Counted from the first letter of the stretch, positions 41,198-51,767 are shown. The stretch: 64,000 nt of DNA from an uncultured Nitrospiraceae bacterium (GCA_963811165.1 CAWEQH010000004.1:480001-544000); one strand, 5' to 3'. The notes: generated by a model not told the origin, from the sequence alone. Numbers and translations: made by a program.

Positions 41198-41419
41198 ATG
41201 AGAACAAACACGATTATAGCCATTGTCCTTATCGCGATCGGAATTGTCTCCTTTGCGTATCAAGGCATCACCTATAAGACCAAAGAGAAGGTCATGGATA
41301 TCGGACCGGTCGAGGTAACCTCCGAGAAGACAAAAACACTCCCGCTCCCTCCGATCGTGGGGGCAGTTGCGCTGGTCGGCGGCGTTGTTTTGCTGATCAC
41401 GGATAGAAAGAAGGGCTGA
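41198..41419 (+). CDS. DUF3185-like small membrane protein
   Basis: GITY.T.EKV.DIGP.EV..EK...LPLPP.VG motif. Confidence 0.8.
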   Translation: MRTNTIIAIVLIAIGIVSFAYQGITYKTKEKVMDIGPVEVTSEKTKTLPLPPIVGAVALVGGVVLLITDRKKG

Positions 41420-41454
41420 TCGGAGGAAGATATTTCAACCAGAAGGAGACTGCT

Positions 41455-41745
41455 ATGACGGACAAACGAAAAGCGTACCAGGAACAATTTGAAGCTCGGT
41501 TAGCGGAATGGAATGCGCAGTTCTCTCTGCTCCGGGCCAAGGCGGACAAGGCCGGGGCAGAGGCGAAGGTTGAGTACACTAAGATTATCGAAGGGCTGCA
41601 GCAAAAGCATGATGTGGCCATGGCTAAACTGCGGGATTTGAAAGCCGCCGGCGATGAGGCATGGGAAGACCTCAAGTCCGGCGCGGAAAAGGCCTGGGCT
41701 GAAGTCAAAACTGCCTTCGACAGCGCCGCCTCGAAGTTCAAATGA
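41455..41745 (+). CDS. Coiled-coil (sll1863-like) general stress protein
   Basis: AYQ...EA.L.EW.A....L.AKA and AGDEAWEDLK.G.E.AW motifs. Confidence 0.85.
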   Translation: MTDKRKAYQEQFEARLAEWNAQFSLLRAKADKAGAEAKVEYTKIIEGLQQKHDVAMAKLRDLKAAGDEAWEDLKSGAEKAWAEVKTAFDSAASKFK

Positions 41746-41796
41746 GCAAGGCCGGCTGCTTTGGACTGATACGCCAGTGAAAGGAGGTGAAGTAAA

Positions 41797-41934
41797 ATGA
41801 CCATCACCGTAGCTCATATGCAACCCATTGTGGCCTTAATAGCCGGGATTCTGATTCTCGTCATGCCGAGACTCTTGAATTTTATTATTGCCATCTACCT
41901 CATCGTGATTGGTATTATGGGGCTCATTCATTAG
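41797..41934 (+). CDS. DUF3096 domain small membrane protein (absent from the ORF track)
   Basis: MTITVAHMQPIVALIAGILILVMPRLLNFIIAIYLIVIGIMGLIH. RBS AAGGAGGTGA. Confidence 0.85.
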   Translation: MTITVAHMQPIVALIAGILILVMPRLLNFIIAIYLIVIGIMGLIH

Positions 41935-42138
41935 ATATCTGTAATCGACTGAAGAAGTCGAAGAAGGGATAAGTCGTAATTACCTGGCTGATTCAGAAAT
42001 GGGTACAGGAGGATTAAACGTTTTTTGGTAATCGTTACCAGAGGAGGTTGACTTGCTTTATTGGGCTGCTGTAATAATCTCGGAATGGGTATCTAATAAG
42101 GAAAAGTCTTTTCAATAAGTTTGAAGGAGGTTAATCAA

Positions 42139-42900
42139 ATGAAAAGAAGAAGCGGAAATCTATTAATGTTCGCATTGGCCAGCCTGCTTGTTCTCTCTGC
42201 GTGCGGCGGAGGAGGAAACCCAACGGGTACACCTCCTGCAACACCCTCTGCTGCAGCCGGCATCTGGATAGGGACATTTACGTCAAATGTTACGCACATA
42301 ACATCCAGCGCTACCGGCCTTGTCGCAGATACTAACAGTGCGCGTTTCGGACTCCCGGACACGCTTGCTCAATACAGTGGGGTGCTAAACGTGAACAACA
42401 ATTCTTTCTCAACAACTGCAACTGCGTATGCCCCTCATGGTTCAACGCTGCCGGATGGAAGTCAAGTCGGCACGGTAACTATCTCCGGCACATTTACACC
42501 TAAAGGCACAATGAGCGGCACTTACAATGGAGCTGGGGATGCAGGGACATTCACATTGACATATAATGGCTCCCTCTATGAAAGACCGTCTTCATTGCCG
42601 GGAGTCGCGGGTATATGGAAAGGTAAAATATTGGATTTCACCAATCTCATCAAGATCGATGAAAATGGCGCAATAACGGGAGTCAACACCACGGGATGTT
42701 TTTACGGCGGGCATGTGAGCGTAATTGATCCCTCATTCGATATATACCTTGTACATCTCGATATAGACAACTGTGGCAGTGATAACGGTAGCTATGACGG
42801 TTTGGGAGCCCTGAGTGATGCGAGCTCAACGAACGATACCTTTATAACTATTGTCTCCAGCCCCACTCTTTCACTCGTTGCTTCCCTGAGTAAGCAATGA
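42139..42900 (+). CDS. Hypothetical lipoprotein
   Basis: RBS AAGGAGG and lipobox LSAC-GGGG. Two G.W.G beta-rich repeats and a Cys pair. Confidence 0.85.
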   Translation: MKRRSGNLLMFALASLLVLSACGGGGNPTGTPPATPSAAAGIWIGTFTSNVTHITSSATGLVADTNSARFGLPDTLAQYSGVLNVNNNSFSTTATAYAPHGSTLPDGSQVGTVTISGTFTPKGTMSGTYNGAGDAGTFTLTYNGSLYERPSSLPGVAGIWKGKILDFTNLIKIDENGAITGVNTTGCFYGGHVSVIDPSFDIYLVHLDIDNCGSDNGSYDGLGALSDASSTNDTFITIVSSPTLSLVASLSKQ

Positions 42901-42938
42901 GCAAGGGGAGGATAAATTATCAGAATGAATCATACCCA

Positions 42939-43098
42939 TGTAAATCGGCATGCAAATTTGATCCACCATTGGCACCCAATTTTGACCTGCGGACATCAAC
43001 TATTTGATTTAATAATAGCGGGTTGCTGTCATAAAGACCGGGTCATGCTTAACGCTGATTAGGCTAACAATTGGGTCAATTCAGCATGTCGGTAAAAA
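42939..43098. mobile_element. Degenerate IS21-like MITE/remnant (~160 bp)
   Basis: Left TGTAAATCGGCATGCAAATTTGATCCA versus the reverse complement of the right end TTTTTACCGACATGCTGAATTGACCCA (18/27). Internal repeated AATTTTGACC-like units. Confidence 0.45.
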
Positions 43099-43332
43099 CT
43101 GAAACTCCTATTAAGTTGTTTATTCCAATAATGAGGATTTCCATTTGAAGCAGAAACAGTCTCTATCCCGAGTTAACCGCCGATAAAATGCGATTTGGTA
43201 CGGAAATAGTCTATTTCTCGCTAATTCTATCTATAAGGTGATGATTTAGGTCACTTAGCCGCAAGTAGCTTTGTGACACACTGATTGATCCTGCGATATT
43301 ATGAAGTGAAGGATCAATTGAGGAGGTGCGAA

Positions 43333-43710
43333 ATGAAAGCTACGATGGAAGCTACAATCGCCCACATGGAAATCCCGGCAGATGACATAGAGCGTGCCAG
43401 AAAATTTTATGCAGATCTCTTTGGGTGGGAATTCAAGGAGTTCGGTGAAAGCGGCTATTGGCTCTTTTCTATGGAGAGAGGCACGAAACCGATGGGAGGC
43501 GGGATGATGAAGCGGATGAGGCCGGAACAGCCGATCATCAATTACTTCGATATACCGTCCATAGACGAATACTCGGAAAAAGTGAGATCCCTTGGGGGAA
43601 AAATAGTTGCGGAAAAAACAGCAGTGCCCGAAATGGGTTATTTCTGCGTCTGCAGCGATACAGAGGGAAACGCGTTCGGACTATGGGAAGGTAACGAGAA
43701 TGCAAAATAG
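43333..43710 (+). CDS. VOC/glyoxalase family protein
   Basis: HMEIPADD.ERA..FY..LFGW, GGGMM and DTEGN.FGLW motifs. Confidence 0.93.
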   Translation: MKATMEATIAHMEIPADDIERARKFYADLFGWEFKEFGESGYWLFSMERGTKPMGGGMMKRMRPEQPIINYFDIPSIDEYSEKVRSLGGKIVAEKTAVPEMGYFCVCSDTEGNAFGLWEGNENAK

Positions 43711-43768
43711 CATAAGGCGGGGCCTCGTCCCGCTGACTGGTGGAATTTGTCTCAGAAGGAGGCAAATC

Positions 43769-43957
43769 GTGAGAAAGGTAAAGTTTTCCTTACCAGAAAT
43801 AGGGGTTATGGCCCCGACACGCGGAATGCTCGGGGCGGGTGCCGGGTTATTATTAGCCGACAAGGTTCGGAAACAGAGAAGGGGATTAGGATGGACTCTA
43901 CTCGGTATCGGCATTCTTACAACTATTCCGTTTGTAAGAAAGGTCATAAAGAACTAA
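43769..43957 (+). CDS. Small hypothetical membrane protein
   Basis: RBS AGGAGG with GTG start. LPEIG..A.TRGMLGAG.GLLLA and GWTLL.IG.LTTIP. Confidence 0.7.
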   Translation: MRKVKFSLPEIGVMAPTRGMLGAGAGLLLADKVRKQRRGLGWTLLGIGILTTIPFVRKVIKN

Positions 43958-44228
43958 AAAGGTTTGAATAAAGAATGTTTGAAGGAGGAGTTCATGACGA
44001 GAACGGTAATGGGCATGGGGGGAGTGCTTTGTTTTTTTGAGTTTTTCGGAGAGCGGGTCTGTCATAGACCTTAATAGAGGAATTGAAATAGGTTGACCGG
44101 CCGGCGTGCGGAAAAAATGCGTGAGGTCTTTTTCTTTTCAGGGACAATAGATTTTTCGACTGCTTCCTGTAATCCTGTTTTTCTTAAACTTGTTATCGGA
44201 TTTCCGGGACAATGGCAAGACACTACAG

Positions 44229-44258
44229 AAAAAAAAAGGCGGGATTTTTCCCGCCCTT
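44229..44258 (-). terminator. Rho-independent terminator after ihfB
   Basis: GGCGGGA/TCCCGCC stem followed by a U9 tract on the minus strand. Confidence 0.75.
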
Positions 44259-44280
44259 CAAAAAAAAATGAAATGATTTC

Positions 44281-44592
44281 TTATTGGGTGGCGGGCTGGC
44301 CGCCGGCCGCCTCTTCTTTGTTGAGGGTCTCTTTAAGGGCCTTGCCGACCTTAAAGTAGAGGACCTTCTTGCCCGGCACCTCGACGCTCTCGCCGGTCTT
44401 GGGGTTCCTCGCCTTCCTGGGGTTTCTCGTTTTCAGCCTGAAGTTCCCAAAGCCCCTTATCTCTATCTTCTCACCTTGCATAAGGGCCTTCTTGATGCTG
44501 TCGAATACGGTGTCGACCACGATCTCCGTCTGGTTTCTCGTGAGCCCCTCGACTTTTTCCGAGACCTTCTCGATAAGAACCGATTTTGTCAT
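44281..44592 (-). CDS. ihfB: Integration host factor beta / HU family
   Basis: MTKS.LI, IEIRGFG.F and RNPKTGE.V motifs; position after rpsA-sppA. Confidence 0.9.
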   Translation of the reverse strand: MTKSVLIEKVSEKVEGLTRNQTEIVVDTVFDSIKKALMQGEKIEIRGFGNFRLKTRNPRKARNPKTGESVEVPGKKVLYFKVGKALKETLNKEEAAGGQPATQ

Positions 44593-44601
44593 AAGACCTC
44601 C

Positions 44602-45450
44602 TTAGGGCGAATAAAGATATTTTATCTTTGCCGACGGAAACACATCCAGGATTTCCTTCGGGAAATTGCTCCTGAGCATATCGATAAGAGAGACCTTGTC
44701 CTTCTTTATGACGACCTCGGGTTCCTCTTTTATGCCGCCGAGTTTTGCGGCCACCTTCGTCGCGTCCTCAAGCGTACCGAGTTCGTTGACGAGGCCCTTC
44801 TCGACCGCCTGTTCGCCTGTAAATATCCTGCCGTCGGCGATCTCCCTTACGTCCTCTATCTTCAGTTTTCTCCCCTCGGCCACTGCTCTTATGAACTGCT
44901 CATGGACGTTGTCCATGACACCCTGCAGCAGTTCTCTCTCCTCAGGTTTCATCGAGCGGAAGGCGGAACCTATGTCTTTGTTCTTTCCGGCCTTTATCAC
45001 CTCGGTCTTGACCCCGATCTTTGTGAGGAGGCCCTCGATGTTGGGTATTTCCATGATGACGCCTATCGAGCCGGTAAGCGTCCCCGGATTCGCGATTATC
45101 CTTGTCGCGGGGCAGGCGATATAGTAGCCTCCCGAAGCCGCGATCGACCCCATCGAGACGACTACCGCTTTCTTGGCGGCCGCCTTCTTTACCTCCGAAT
45201 AGATCTCCTGCGAGGGCGCTACCGCCCCGCCCGGACTATCGATCCTGAGGATGATCGCCTTGATCGAACTGTCTTTCCCGTATCCCTTGATCTCCTCAAC
45301 GGCGTTCTTCGAATCGAGTATGGGGCCCTCTATCCTGACAAGGGCGACCTTGTTCCTAAGAGGGATATTCTTCTGAACCAGCGTGAGCGTGAGGCTGATC
45401 GCGATGAGGATAAGCACAAGTGCGCCGATGATAAGGCAGAGTTTCTTCAT
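44602..45450 (-). CDS. sppA: Signal peptide peptidase SppA (36K)
   Basis: RIDSPGG, AASGGYYIA, TGSIGV and DGRIFTG motifs. Confidence 0.96.
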   Translation of the reverse strand: MKKLCLIIGALVLILIAISLTLTLVQKNIPLRNKVALVRIEGPILDSKNAVEEIKGYGKDSSIKAIILRIDSPGGAVAPSQEIYSEVKKAAAKKAVVVSMGSIAASGGYYIACPATRIIANPGTLTGSIGVIMEIPNIEGLLTKIGVKTEVIKAGKNKDIGSAFRSMKPEERELLQGVMDNVHEQFIRAVAEGRKLKIEDVREIADGRIFTGEQAVEKGLVNELGTLEDATKVAAKLGGIKEEPEVVIKKDKVSLIDMLRSNFPKEILDVFPSAKIKYLYSP

Positions 45451-47024
45451 TCATCCGTCCTTTTGATGTTCTTCATGCTAAGGCCGATCTTTCTCTCCTC
45501 CAGATCGATCTTAATGATCCGCGCCGCGACCGGCTCCCCTTCTTTGGGCTGCTCCTCTGCACCTTCGGACGGTACGACCTCCGATGAATAAATGAGGCCT
45601 TCGACCCCGCCTTCAAGCTCTATGAAAATACCGAAGTCGGTGACCCTCAGTACCTGGCCTTTCACCACATCGCCAAGTTTGAACGTGGAGGGGATCGCCT
45701 CTATCCACGGGTCCTGTTCGACCTGTTTGAGCCCCAGCGACATCTTCTCGTGCTCTGTGTCGATCGCAAGTATCACGGCGTCGACCTTCTGCCCTTTCTT
45801 AAGAATCTCGGAGGGGTGTTTGACATGCTTTGTCCATGAAAGGTCCGATATGTGGACGAGGCCGTCCACTCCCTCCGGCAGTCCGATGAAGGCCCCGAAA
45901 TCAGTCAGGCTCTTCACTTTGCCTGAGATCTTTTGCCCTGCCGCATAGCGTTCACTGATGAGCTGCCAGGGACTCGGTTTGCAATGCTTGATGCTCAGCG
46001 AGAGCTTTCTCTCCGCCCTGTCTACCTTCAGCACAACGGCCTCGACCGTCTCGCCGATGGAGAGGTACTTAGAGGGATGTTTTGGCTTTGGTGTCCAGTC
46101 TATCTCGGAGATATGGATGAGGCCCTCGAGCCCTCCTTCGAGTTCGATGAATGCACCGTAATCGGTAATGCTCACGATCTTGCCTTTGATCTTCTGGCCG
46201 GCGGGGTATTTTTCCTCGACATTTGCCCAGGGGTCATTCTGCTTCTGTTTATACCCGAGGGTTATCCTCTCGCTGGTTTCGTCGTATTTGAGGACGACCA
46301 CCTCTATCTTATCGCCGATGGCGAAAAATTCCGAGGGGTGCGTGATCCTTCCCCAGGAGATGTCCGATATATGCAGGAGGCCGTCTATGCCCCCGAGGTC
46401 CACAAATACGCCGTAGTCGGTAATGTTTTTGACGAAACCTTCCAAGACGGCGCCTTCCTTTATCTTGCCTATGGTCTCGCCTTTTTTCTTGACCCTTTCC
46501 TCTTCCAGAAGCGCCCTTCGCGACACGATAACGTTCGATCTCTTGTTGTTGATCTTCAGTATCTTAAAGAGCATCTTTTGTCTCAGCAGGGCGTCGGCGT
46601 CCTTCGTCACCTTAATATCAATCTGCGATCCCGGAAGAAATGCCTTGACCCCGCCTATGTCCACGGTAAGTCCGCCTTTCGTCTTTTCCGTGATCACGCC
46701 CTCTACCGGAGTGCCGTCCTGGGCGGCCTTCTCCAGGACATCCCAGATCTTCATCTTTGAAGCGCGGTCTTTCGAAAGGCTGATGGAGCCTTCGGAGTCC
46801 CTCATGGTTATGACGTAGACCTCTATCTTGTCTCCGGGCTTCATGGAACGCAGTTCTTCCTCGCTAAATTCTTCGATGCGAATGACCCCCTCCGTCTTAT
46901 AGCCGATGTCGACGATGACAACGTCTGGCTTGATGGCAACTATCTTTCCGGAGCGTATTCCTCCTTCTTCGATTCTCTGGAAAGTCTCGGCATAAAGCCG
47001 CTCCATCTCGTTGTTAGTTTCCAT
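45447..47024 (-). CDS. rpsA: 30S ribosomal protein S1
   Basis: Six S1 repeats (AFLPGSQ, DYG.F.DLGG.DGL.HISD.SW). Confidence 0.97.
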   Translation of the reverse strand: METNNEMERLYAETFQRIEEGGIRSGKIVAIKPDVVIVDIGYKTEGVIRIEEFSEEELRSMKPGDKIEVYVITMRDSEGSISLSKDRASKMKIWDVLEKAAQDGTPVEGVITEKTKGGLTVDIGGVKAFLPGSQIDIKVTKDADALLRQKMLFKILKINNKRSNVIVSRRALLEEERVKKKGETIGKIKEGAVLEGFVKNITDYGVFVDLGGIDGLLHISDISWGRITHPSEFFAIGDKIEVVVLKYDETSERITLGYKQKQNDPWANVEEKYPAGQKIKGKIVSITDYGAFIELEGGLEGLIHISEIDWTPKPKHPSKYLSIGETVEAVVLKVDRAERKLSLSIKHCKPSPWQLISERYAAGQKISGKVKSLTDFGAFIGLPEGVDGLVHISDLSWTKHVKHPSEILKKGQKVDAVILAIDTEHEKMSLGLKQVEQDPWIEAIPSTFKLGDVVKGQVLRVTDFGIFIELEGGVEGLIYSSEVVPSEGAEEQPKEGEPVAARIIKIDLEERKIGLSMKNIKRTDE

Positions 47025-47911
47025 TACGGCGTTCCCCCTATATCTCTCAATCTTTTTTCTACTTCCGTGATAATCCAATCCGGCGTGGATGCGCCTGCGG
47101 TGACACCCACCATTGTTGCGCCGAGAAACCATTCGTCCTCGATCTCCGAGGCGGTCTCAACGTGGTAGGTCGTTACGTTCAAACCCTTGCAAAGGTTTGC
47201 GAGCTGAGTGGTATTGGCGCTGTTTTTGCCCCCCACAACCAGCATCACATCCACCTTATGAGACATATTTTCCGTCTCCTTCAGCCTAAGCGCAGTGGAA
47301 TTGCATATTGTATTATAAACCTTTACCTCCTTCGCAAGCTCGACAACCTTCGAAAGGACTTTTTTCAGCGCCTCTATCGGCTGCGTCGTCTGGACGATAA
47401 TTCCCACTTTCGACCTGAGCCCCTTAAGCGGGGTATGTCCGTCGACTACGATGACGTCCTTACCCGCATAACTCATGAGGCCCTTCACCTCCGGATGGTT
47501 GATGTCGCCCAGTATGACCACCTGGTAGCCGTTTTCCTTAAGAAGTTTAGCATAATGCTGCGCCTTTTTCACGAATGGGCAGGTGGCGTCTATTATCCTG
47601 AAGCCGCGCGTCGCTATATTATCATAGAGTTGATTTGGTATTCCATGTGTCCTTATGATAAGCGCCTTTATCTTCTTGTCGCCGAATTCCTCCGGACCTA
47701 TAGGGGAGATTCCTTTTTCCCTGAGCCTCTCTATCACCTGGGGGTTATGGATGATGGGGCCTAAGGTAAAGACGCCCTTCTTGTTCTGTTTGGCGATATC
47801 GAAGGTGATCTCTATCGCCCTCTTTACGCCAAAACAAAAACCTGCCCGCTTCGCCGTAATCGTCTTAAACTCCGGCGTCCCGCTTTTTTTTGTCTGTTTT
47901 TTCATTGCCAT
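47024..47911 (-). CDS. ispH: 4-hydroxy-3-methylbut-2-enyl diphosphate reductase
   Basis: GFCFGV.RA, IIHN, DATCPFV, HPEV, TIC, SAN and AGASTP motifs. Confidence 0.97.
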   Translation of the reverse strand: MAMKKQTKKSGTPEFKTITAKRAGFCFGVKRAIEITFDIAKQNKKGVFTLGPIIHNPQVIERLREKGISPIGPEEFGDKKIKALIIRTHGIPNQLYDNIATRGFRIIDATCPFVKKAQHYAKLLKENGYQVVILGDINHPEVKGLMSYAGKDVIVVDGHTPLKGLRSKVGIIVQTTQPIEALKKVLSKVVELAKEVKVYNTICNSTALRLKETENMSHKVDVMLVVGGKNSANTTQLANLCKGLNVTTYHVETASEIEDEWFLGATMVGVTAGASTPDWIITEVEKRLRDIGGTP

Positions 47912-47930
47912 TTCTATTGTAACCTACTTT

Positions 47931-48611
47931 TCACTGTCTTGGCCCCGACTTCTTCCCCATGCTCTCCCCGACAAGTCCGGCAATCCTCCGCAGCACCTCT
48001 TCTTTCGTAAGCCCCGTTGAGTCGACGTAACAGGCGTCCTCCGCTTTCCTCAGAGGAGCAAGCTCCCTGCCCGAGTCCCTGGCGTCACGTTCGGTTATTT
48101 CCGAGCGTATGCGCCGTTCATCGACGTCAAACCCTTTTTCGATGAGCTCGGCTGTGCGCCTCCTCGTACGTTCTTCCACCGAGGCGTCGAGATAGACTTT
48201 TTTGAAGGCCCCAGGGAAGACGACTGTAGTCATGTCCCGTCCTTCAGCCACCAGGTCTGCCTTCGAAGAGGCATCCCTTTGGGTCTTCAGAAGATATGCG
48301 CGTACAGGCTGCCGTGCGGAAAACACGGAGGCGTAATGGCCCGCGCGGGGAGACCGGATCTCTTCCGACACGTCCCGGCCGTTGAGGAGCACCCTTCCTT
48401 TTTCGAATTCGACCTTCGTTTTTCCGAGTGCGGCAGATATGTCGTTGTCCGACGCCTTTTCGTCGAGGCCGAGCCTTACCAGATTCAGGGCAACCGCCCT
48501 GTAAAGGGCCCCGGTGTCGAGGTATTCGAACCCGAGCTCTTCCGCCAGAAGCCTGGCGATAGTACTTTTGCCTGCCCCCGAAGGACCGTCTATTGCGATC
48601 ACCTTTTTCAT
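47931..48611 (-). CDS. cmk: Cytidylate kinase
   Basis: IDGPSGAGKST, DTGALYRA, EGRD..TVVFP and RD.RD..R..APL motifs. Confidence 0.97.
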   Translation of the reverse strand: MKKVIAIDGPSGAGKSTIARLLAEELGFEYLDTGALYRAVALNLVRLGLDEKASDNDISAALGKTKVEFEKGRVLLNGRDVSEEIRSPRAGHYASVFSARQPVRAYLLKTQRDASSKADLVAEGRDMTTVVFPGAFKKVYLDASVEERTRRRTAELIEKGFDVDERRIRSEITERDARDSGRELAPLRKAEDACYVDSTGLTKEEVLRRIAGLVGESMGKKSGPRQ

Positions 48612-49897
48612 GAGGAAAGTTCCTTCATGGAGTCGAAAAATGTGGGGAAGGAAATATCGACGGCGGAGGACCCGTATATCGTAGTCGTTCCCTCCGCAGC
48701 CAGTGCGGCAACCGCCATCGCCATGGCTATCCTGTGGTCACCGTGGCTTTCGACCTCTGCGCCTTTCATCCCTTCGGTCCCGTTGATCCCGATCCCGTCG
48801 GGGTATTCTTCGACCCTCACTCCCATTTTGCCCAACTCCGATGCCATCGCCCTTATCCTGTCGGATTCCTTCACCCGAAGTTCGGAGGCGCCCCGAATGG
48901 TGGTGAAGCCCTCAGCCGCTGCAGCCGCCACGCAGAGCACGGGGAATTCATCTATCAATGAGGGTATGATTTCTTCGGTAAGATGGGCCGCTTTCAGGGC
49001 CGCCTTCCCGCCGCAATGTATGTCGGCGACAGGCTCCCCCGAAATTGTGCGGGGGTTAATGATCTCGATCTTTGCGCCCATTAACGTAAGGGCCTCCAAA
49101 AGACCCGTCCTCGTTGGGTTTATCCCGACATTCCTCAGGACGATTTCGGACCCCGGCACTAAAAGCGCGGCGACGATGAAAAATGCAGCCGAGGAAAAAT
49201 CACCCGGCACTTCTGTTTCCATGGGAGAGAGTTCCCCGCCCCCCTTTACCGTGACCCTGAGTCCTTCCACGCGCACGTCCGCGCCGAACGCAGGAAGCAT
49301 CCTTTCGGTGTGGTCCCGCGATTTCGTCGGTTCCGTTATCTCGGAGGCTCCTTCACAGTAAAGGCCCGCAAGCAAAAGTGAGGACTTCACCTGTGCGCTC
49401 GCAACCGGCATCGTGTAACGAAGCGGCCTCAGCTTGGCCCCTTTAATGGCGACAGGGGGATACCGGTTGCCCGACCGGGCCATGATCTCTGCGCCCATTT
49501 GGCTCAGAGGTCCGATCACGCGGCCCATGGGTCTTGTCCTTAAGGAGTCGTCACCCGTGAGTACCGAAAAAAAAGGACTGCCGGAAAGTACGCCGCTTAA
49601 GAGCCTGATGGTGGTCCCGGAATTGCCGCAGTCTACGACGCCCGCGGGCTCGGACAGCCCGTAGAGTCCTTTACCGTAAATCGTAAGCGTGTCTCCTTCA
49701 TCCCTGATCTCAATGCCTAAGGCGCGGAAGGCGTTCATGGTGCTTTCGGTGTCTTTTGCACGAAGAAAATTCTTTACGATGCCTTTGCCCTTTGCAAGGG
49801 AAGAAAGGATGACGGCCCTATGGGATATCGACTTGTCCGGGGGAGGGGTGAACTCTCCTTTAAACGTCTTTGCCGGACTTATCTCAATCTTTTCCAA
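48608..49897 (-). CDS. aroA: 3-phosphoshikimate 1-carboxyvinyltransferase
   Basis: DKSISHRA, GNSGTT.RL, SAQVKS, RDHTE.ML, ELRVKESDRI and DHRIAM motifs. Confidence 0.98.
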   Translation of the reverse strand: MEKIEISPAKTFKGEFTPPPDKSISHRAVILSSLAKGKGIVKNFLRAKDTESTMNAFRALGIEIRDEGDTLTIYGKGLYGLSEPAGVVDCGNSGTTIRLLSGVLSGSPFFSVLTGDDSLRTRPMGRVIGPLSQMGAEIMARSGNRYPPVAIKGAKLRPLRYTMPVASAQVKSSLLLAGLYCEGASEITEPTKSRDHTERMLPAFGADVRVEGLRVTVKGGGELSPMETEVPGDFSSAAFFIVAALLVPGSEIVLRNVGINPTRTGLLEALTLMGAKIEIINPRTISGEPVADIHCGGKAALKAAHLTEEIIPSLIDEFPVLCVAAAAAEGFTTIRGASELRVKESDRIRAMASELGKMGVRVEEYPDGIGINGTEGMKGAEVESHGDHRIAMAMAVAALAAEGTTTIYGSSAVDISFPTFFDSMKELSS

Positions 49898-50738
49898 TGC
49901 CGTCCCTCAGCTTCCGGGCCTTATCGAACTCCTTCTCGATCGAGACGGAATCAGAGGCCGTAAGATAACGACTGAACAGTTCAAGGTTTTTCTGAAAAAG
50001 AGAAAGCATCCCGATCAGGTTCTCCCTGTTAAGAAGGCAGATGTCCCTCCACATCTCAGGAGAGCTCGAGGCAATACGCGTTGTGTCTTTAAACCCCTGC
50101 CCGCTATACCCGAGGTAAGAGGCGTCGATGTCGCAGACAGTATTCATCAGCATGTAGGCTATCACATGAGGGAGATGGCTGACCGCCCCGTAAATGCGGT
50201 CATGGGTTTCAGGGTCCATCGTGATCACCTTCGAGCCGAGGGATTCCCAGATCTCAGACACTACCCCTAGCGCTCCGGTATCGGACTTCTCGGTCGGCGT
50301 TACGACGCATACCGCGTTTCTGAAGAGTCCGGCATTCGATGAATCGATGCCCGATCGGTCGCTCCCTGCAATGGGATGGCCGCCGATATAACGCACATGG
50401 GACGGAATGAGACCCTCGATCTCGCGGACAAGCCTTCCCTTTACGCTTCCTGCATCGGTAAGTATTGCGTCCTTTCTGAAAGATGACGCACACCTTCTTA
50501 CCAGTTCCGGAAAAATCCCTACAGGGGTAGACAACAAAATAAGATCGGAACCGGCGCAGGCGACCGCGGGGTCGAGGTCGTAAGAGTCGATTATGCCCAG
50601 CCCGCTTGCCTTCCTTAAGTTATTCTCGTTTCTGCCGGAACCGGAGATATGCCCGCAGAGGCCTTCTTTCCTCATGGCAAGCGCAAAGGACGCACCGATG
50701 AGGCCGACCCCGAGGACTGTTATTTTATCGAACTTCAA
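49884..50738 (-). CDS. tyrA: Prephenate dehydrogenase
   Basis: GVGLIGAS, D.GSVK, HPIAG, HD....VSHLPH and F.D.TRIA motifs. Confidence 0.96.
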   Translation of the reverse strand: MKFDKITVLGVGLIGASFALAMRKEGLCGHISGSGRNENNLRKASGLGIIDSYDLDPAVACAGSDLILLSTPVGIFPELVRRCASSFRKDAILTDAGSVKGRLVREIEGLIPSHVRYIGGHPIAGSDRSGIDSSNAGLFRNAVCVVTPTEKSDTGALGVVSEIWESLGSKVITMDPETHDRIYGAVSHLPHVIAYMLMNTVCDIDASYLGYSGQGFKDTTRIASSSPEMWRDICLLNRENLIGMLSLFQKNLELFSRYLTASDSVSIEKEFDKARKLRDGIGKD

Positions 50739-50741
50739 GGT

Positions 50742-51767
50742 CTAGAGCTCCCTTCCCACAGCCTGGGCTATGGGCCTGAGCTCTTTCATTAATTTCTCGA
50801 AATGATCGGGTTTGAGGGACTGCTCGCCGTCGGACATCGCCTCTTCAGGATTTGTGTGGACCTCTATAATCAGCGCGTCCGCTCCGGCCGCGACAGCCGC
50901 CTTCGCCATCGGCGCAACAAGTTCCCTCTTCCCCACGCCGTGGCTGGGGTCGACGACTACCGGCAGGTGGGTGAGCTGTTTGAGGACCGGGACAGCGCTC
51001 AGGTCCAGGGTGTTTCTCGTTGCAGTCTCGAAGGTGCGGATGCCCCTTTCGCAAAGCATCACCTGGTGGTTTCCGCGGGACATGATATACTCCGCCGACA
51101 TAAGCCATTCCTTTATCGTCGAGGAGAGCCCCCGTTTGAGCAAGACCGGCTTTTGGGCGGACCCGACCTCAAGGAGGAGCCTGAAGTTCTGCATGTTCCT
51201 CGCGCCGATCTGGATGATGTCGGCATACTTGACGATCGCATCGAGGTCCCTGGGGTCCATGATCTCGGTCACCACAGGCAGGCCTGTCCTTTCCCTGGCC
51301 TCTGCAAGATATTTCAGTCCTTCCTCGCCAAGGCCCTGGAAAGAGTACGGAGATGTCCTGGGCTTATAGGCCCCGCCCCTTAGGAACGCTGCGCCGCCTG
51401 CCTTCACCTTTTCGGCGATAGCCAGAAGGACGGTCTTGTTCTCTACCGCGCACGGACCCGCCATGACCGGTATTCTTTTACCTCCTATAATAGTGCCTCT
51501 GATGTCTATCTCGGTGTTTTCCTTCTTGAATTCACGGCTCGCCAGCTTATAGGGTTTCAGTATCCTCAAGACGTTTTCAACGCCCGAGGCGGCCCGAAAG
51601 GCATCTTCTTCTTCCTCAGTGACCTTCGAGGTGTCACCTATGACGCCGATGATCGTCCTTTCTGTGCCGGCCGAGATGTGCGCCCTGAGCCCCCGGCCCT
51701 CCAGTTTTTTTACGACGTGCCTTATGTCCTCTTCTGTGGCGTCCCGACTCAACACAATGATGTCCAA
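50742..51767 (-). CDS. aroF: DAHP synthase class I-beta with N-terminal ferredoxin-like domain
   Basis: [37 protein letters not shown] and SDG.QS motifs. Confidence 0.97.
   Translation of the reverse strand: MDIIVLSRDATEEDIRHVVKKLEGRGLRAHISAGTERTIIGVIGDTSKVTEEEEDAFRAASGVENVLRILKPYKLASREFKKENTEIDIRGTIIGGKRIPVMAGPCAVENKTVLLAIAEKVKAGGAAFLRGGAYKPRTSPYSFQGLGEEGLKYLAEARERTGLPVVTEIMDPRDLDAIVKYADIIQIGARNMQNFRLLLEVGSAQKPVLLKRGLSSTIKEWLMSAEYIMSRGNHQVMLCERGIRTFETATRNTLDLSAVPVLKQLTHLPVVVDPSHGVGKRELVAPMAKAAVAAGADALIIEVHTNPEEAMSDGEQSLKPDHFEKLMKELRPIAQAVGREL

Noticed and set aside
44284..45591. 435-aa plus-strand ORF (also 48279-49361, 45933-46760, 38562-39350, 34057-34818, 5113-5787, 60442-61266)
   Set aside because: These are antisense shadows of well-supported genes with no recognisable motifs.
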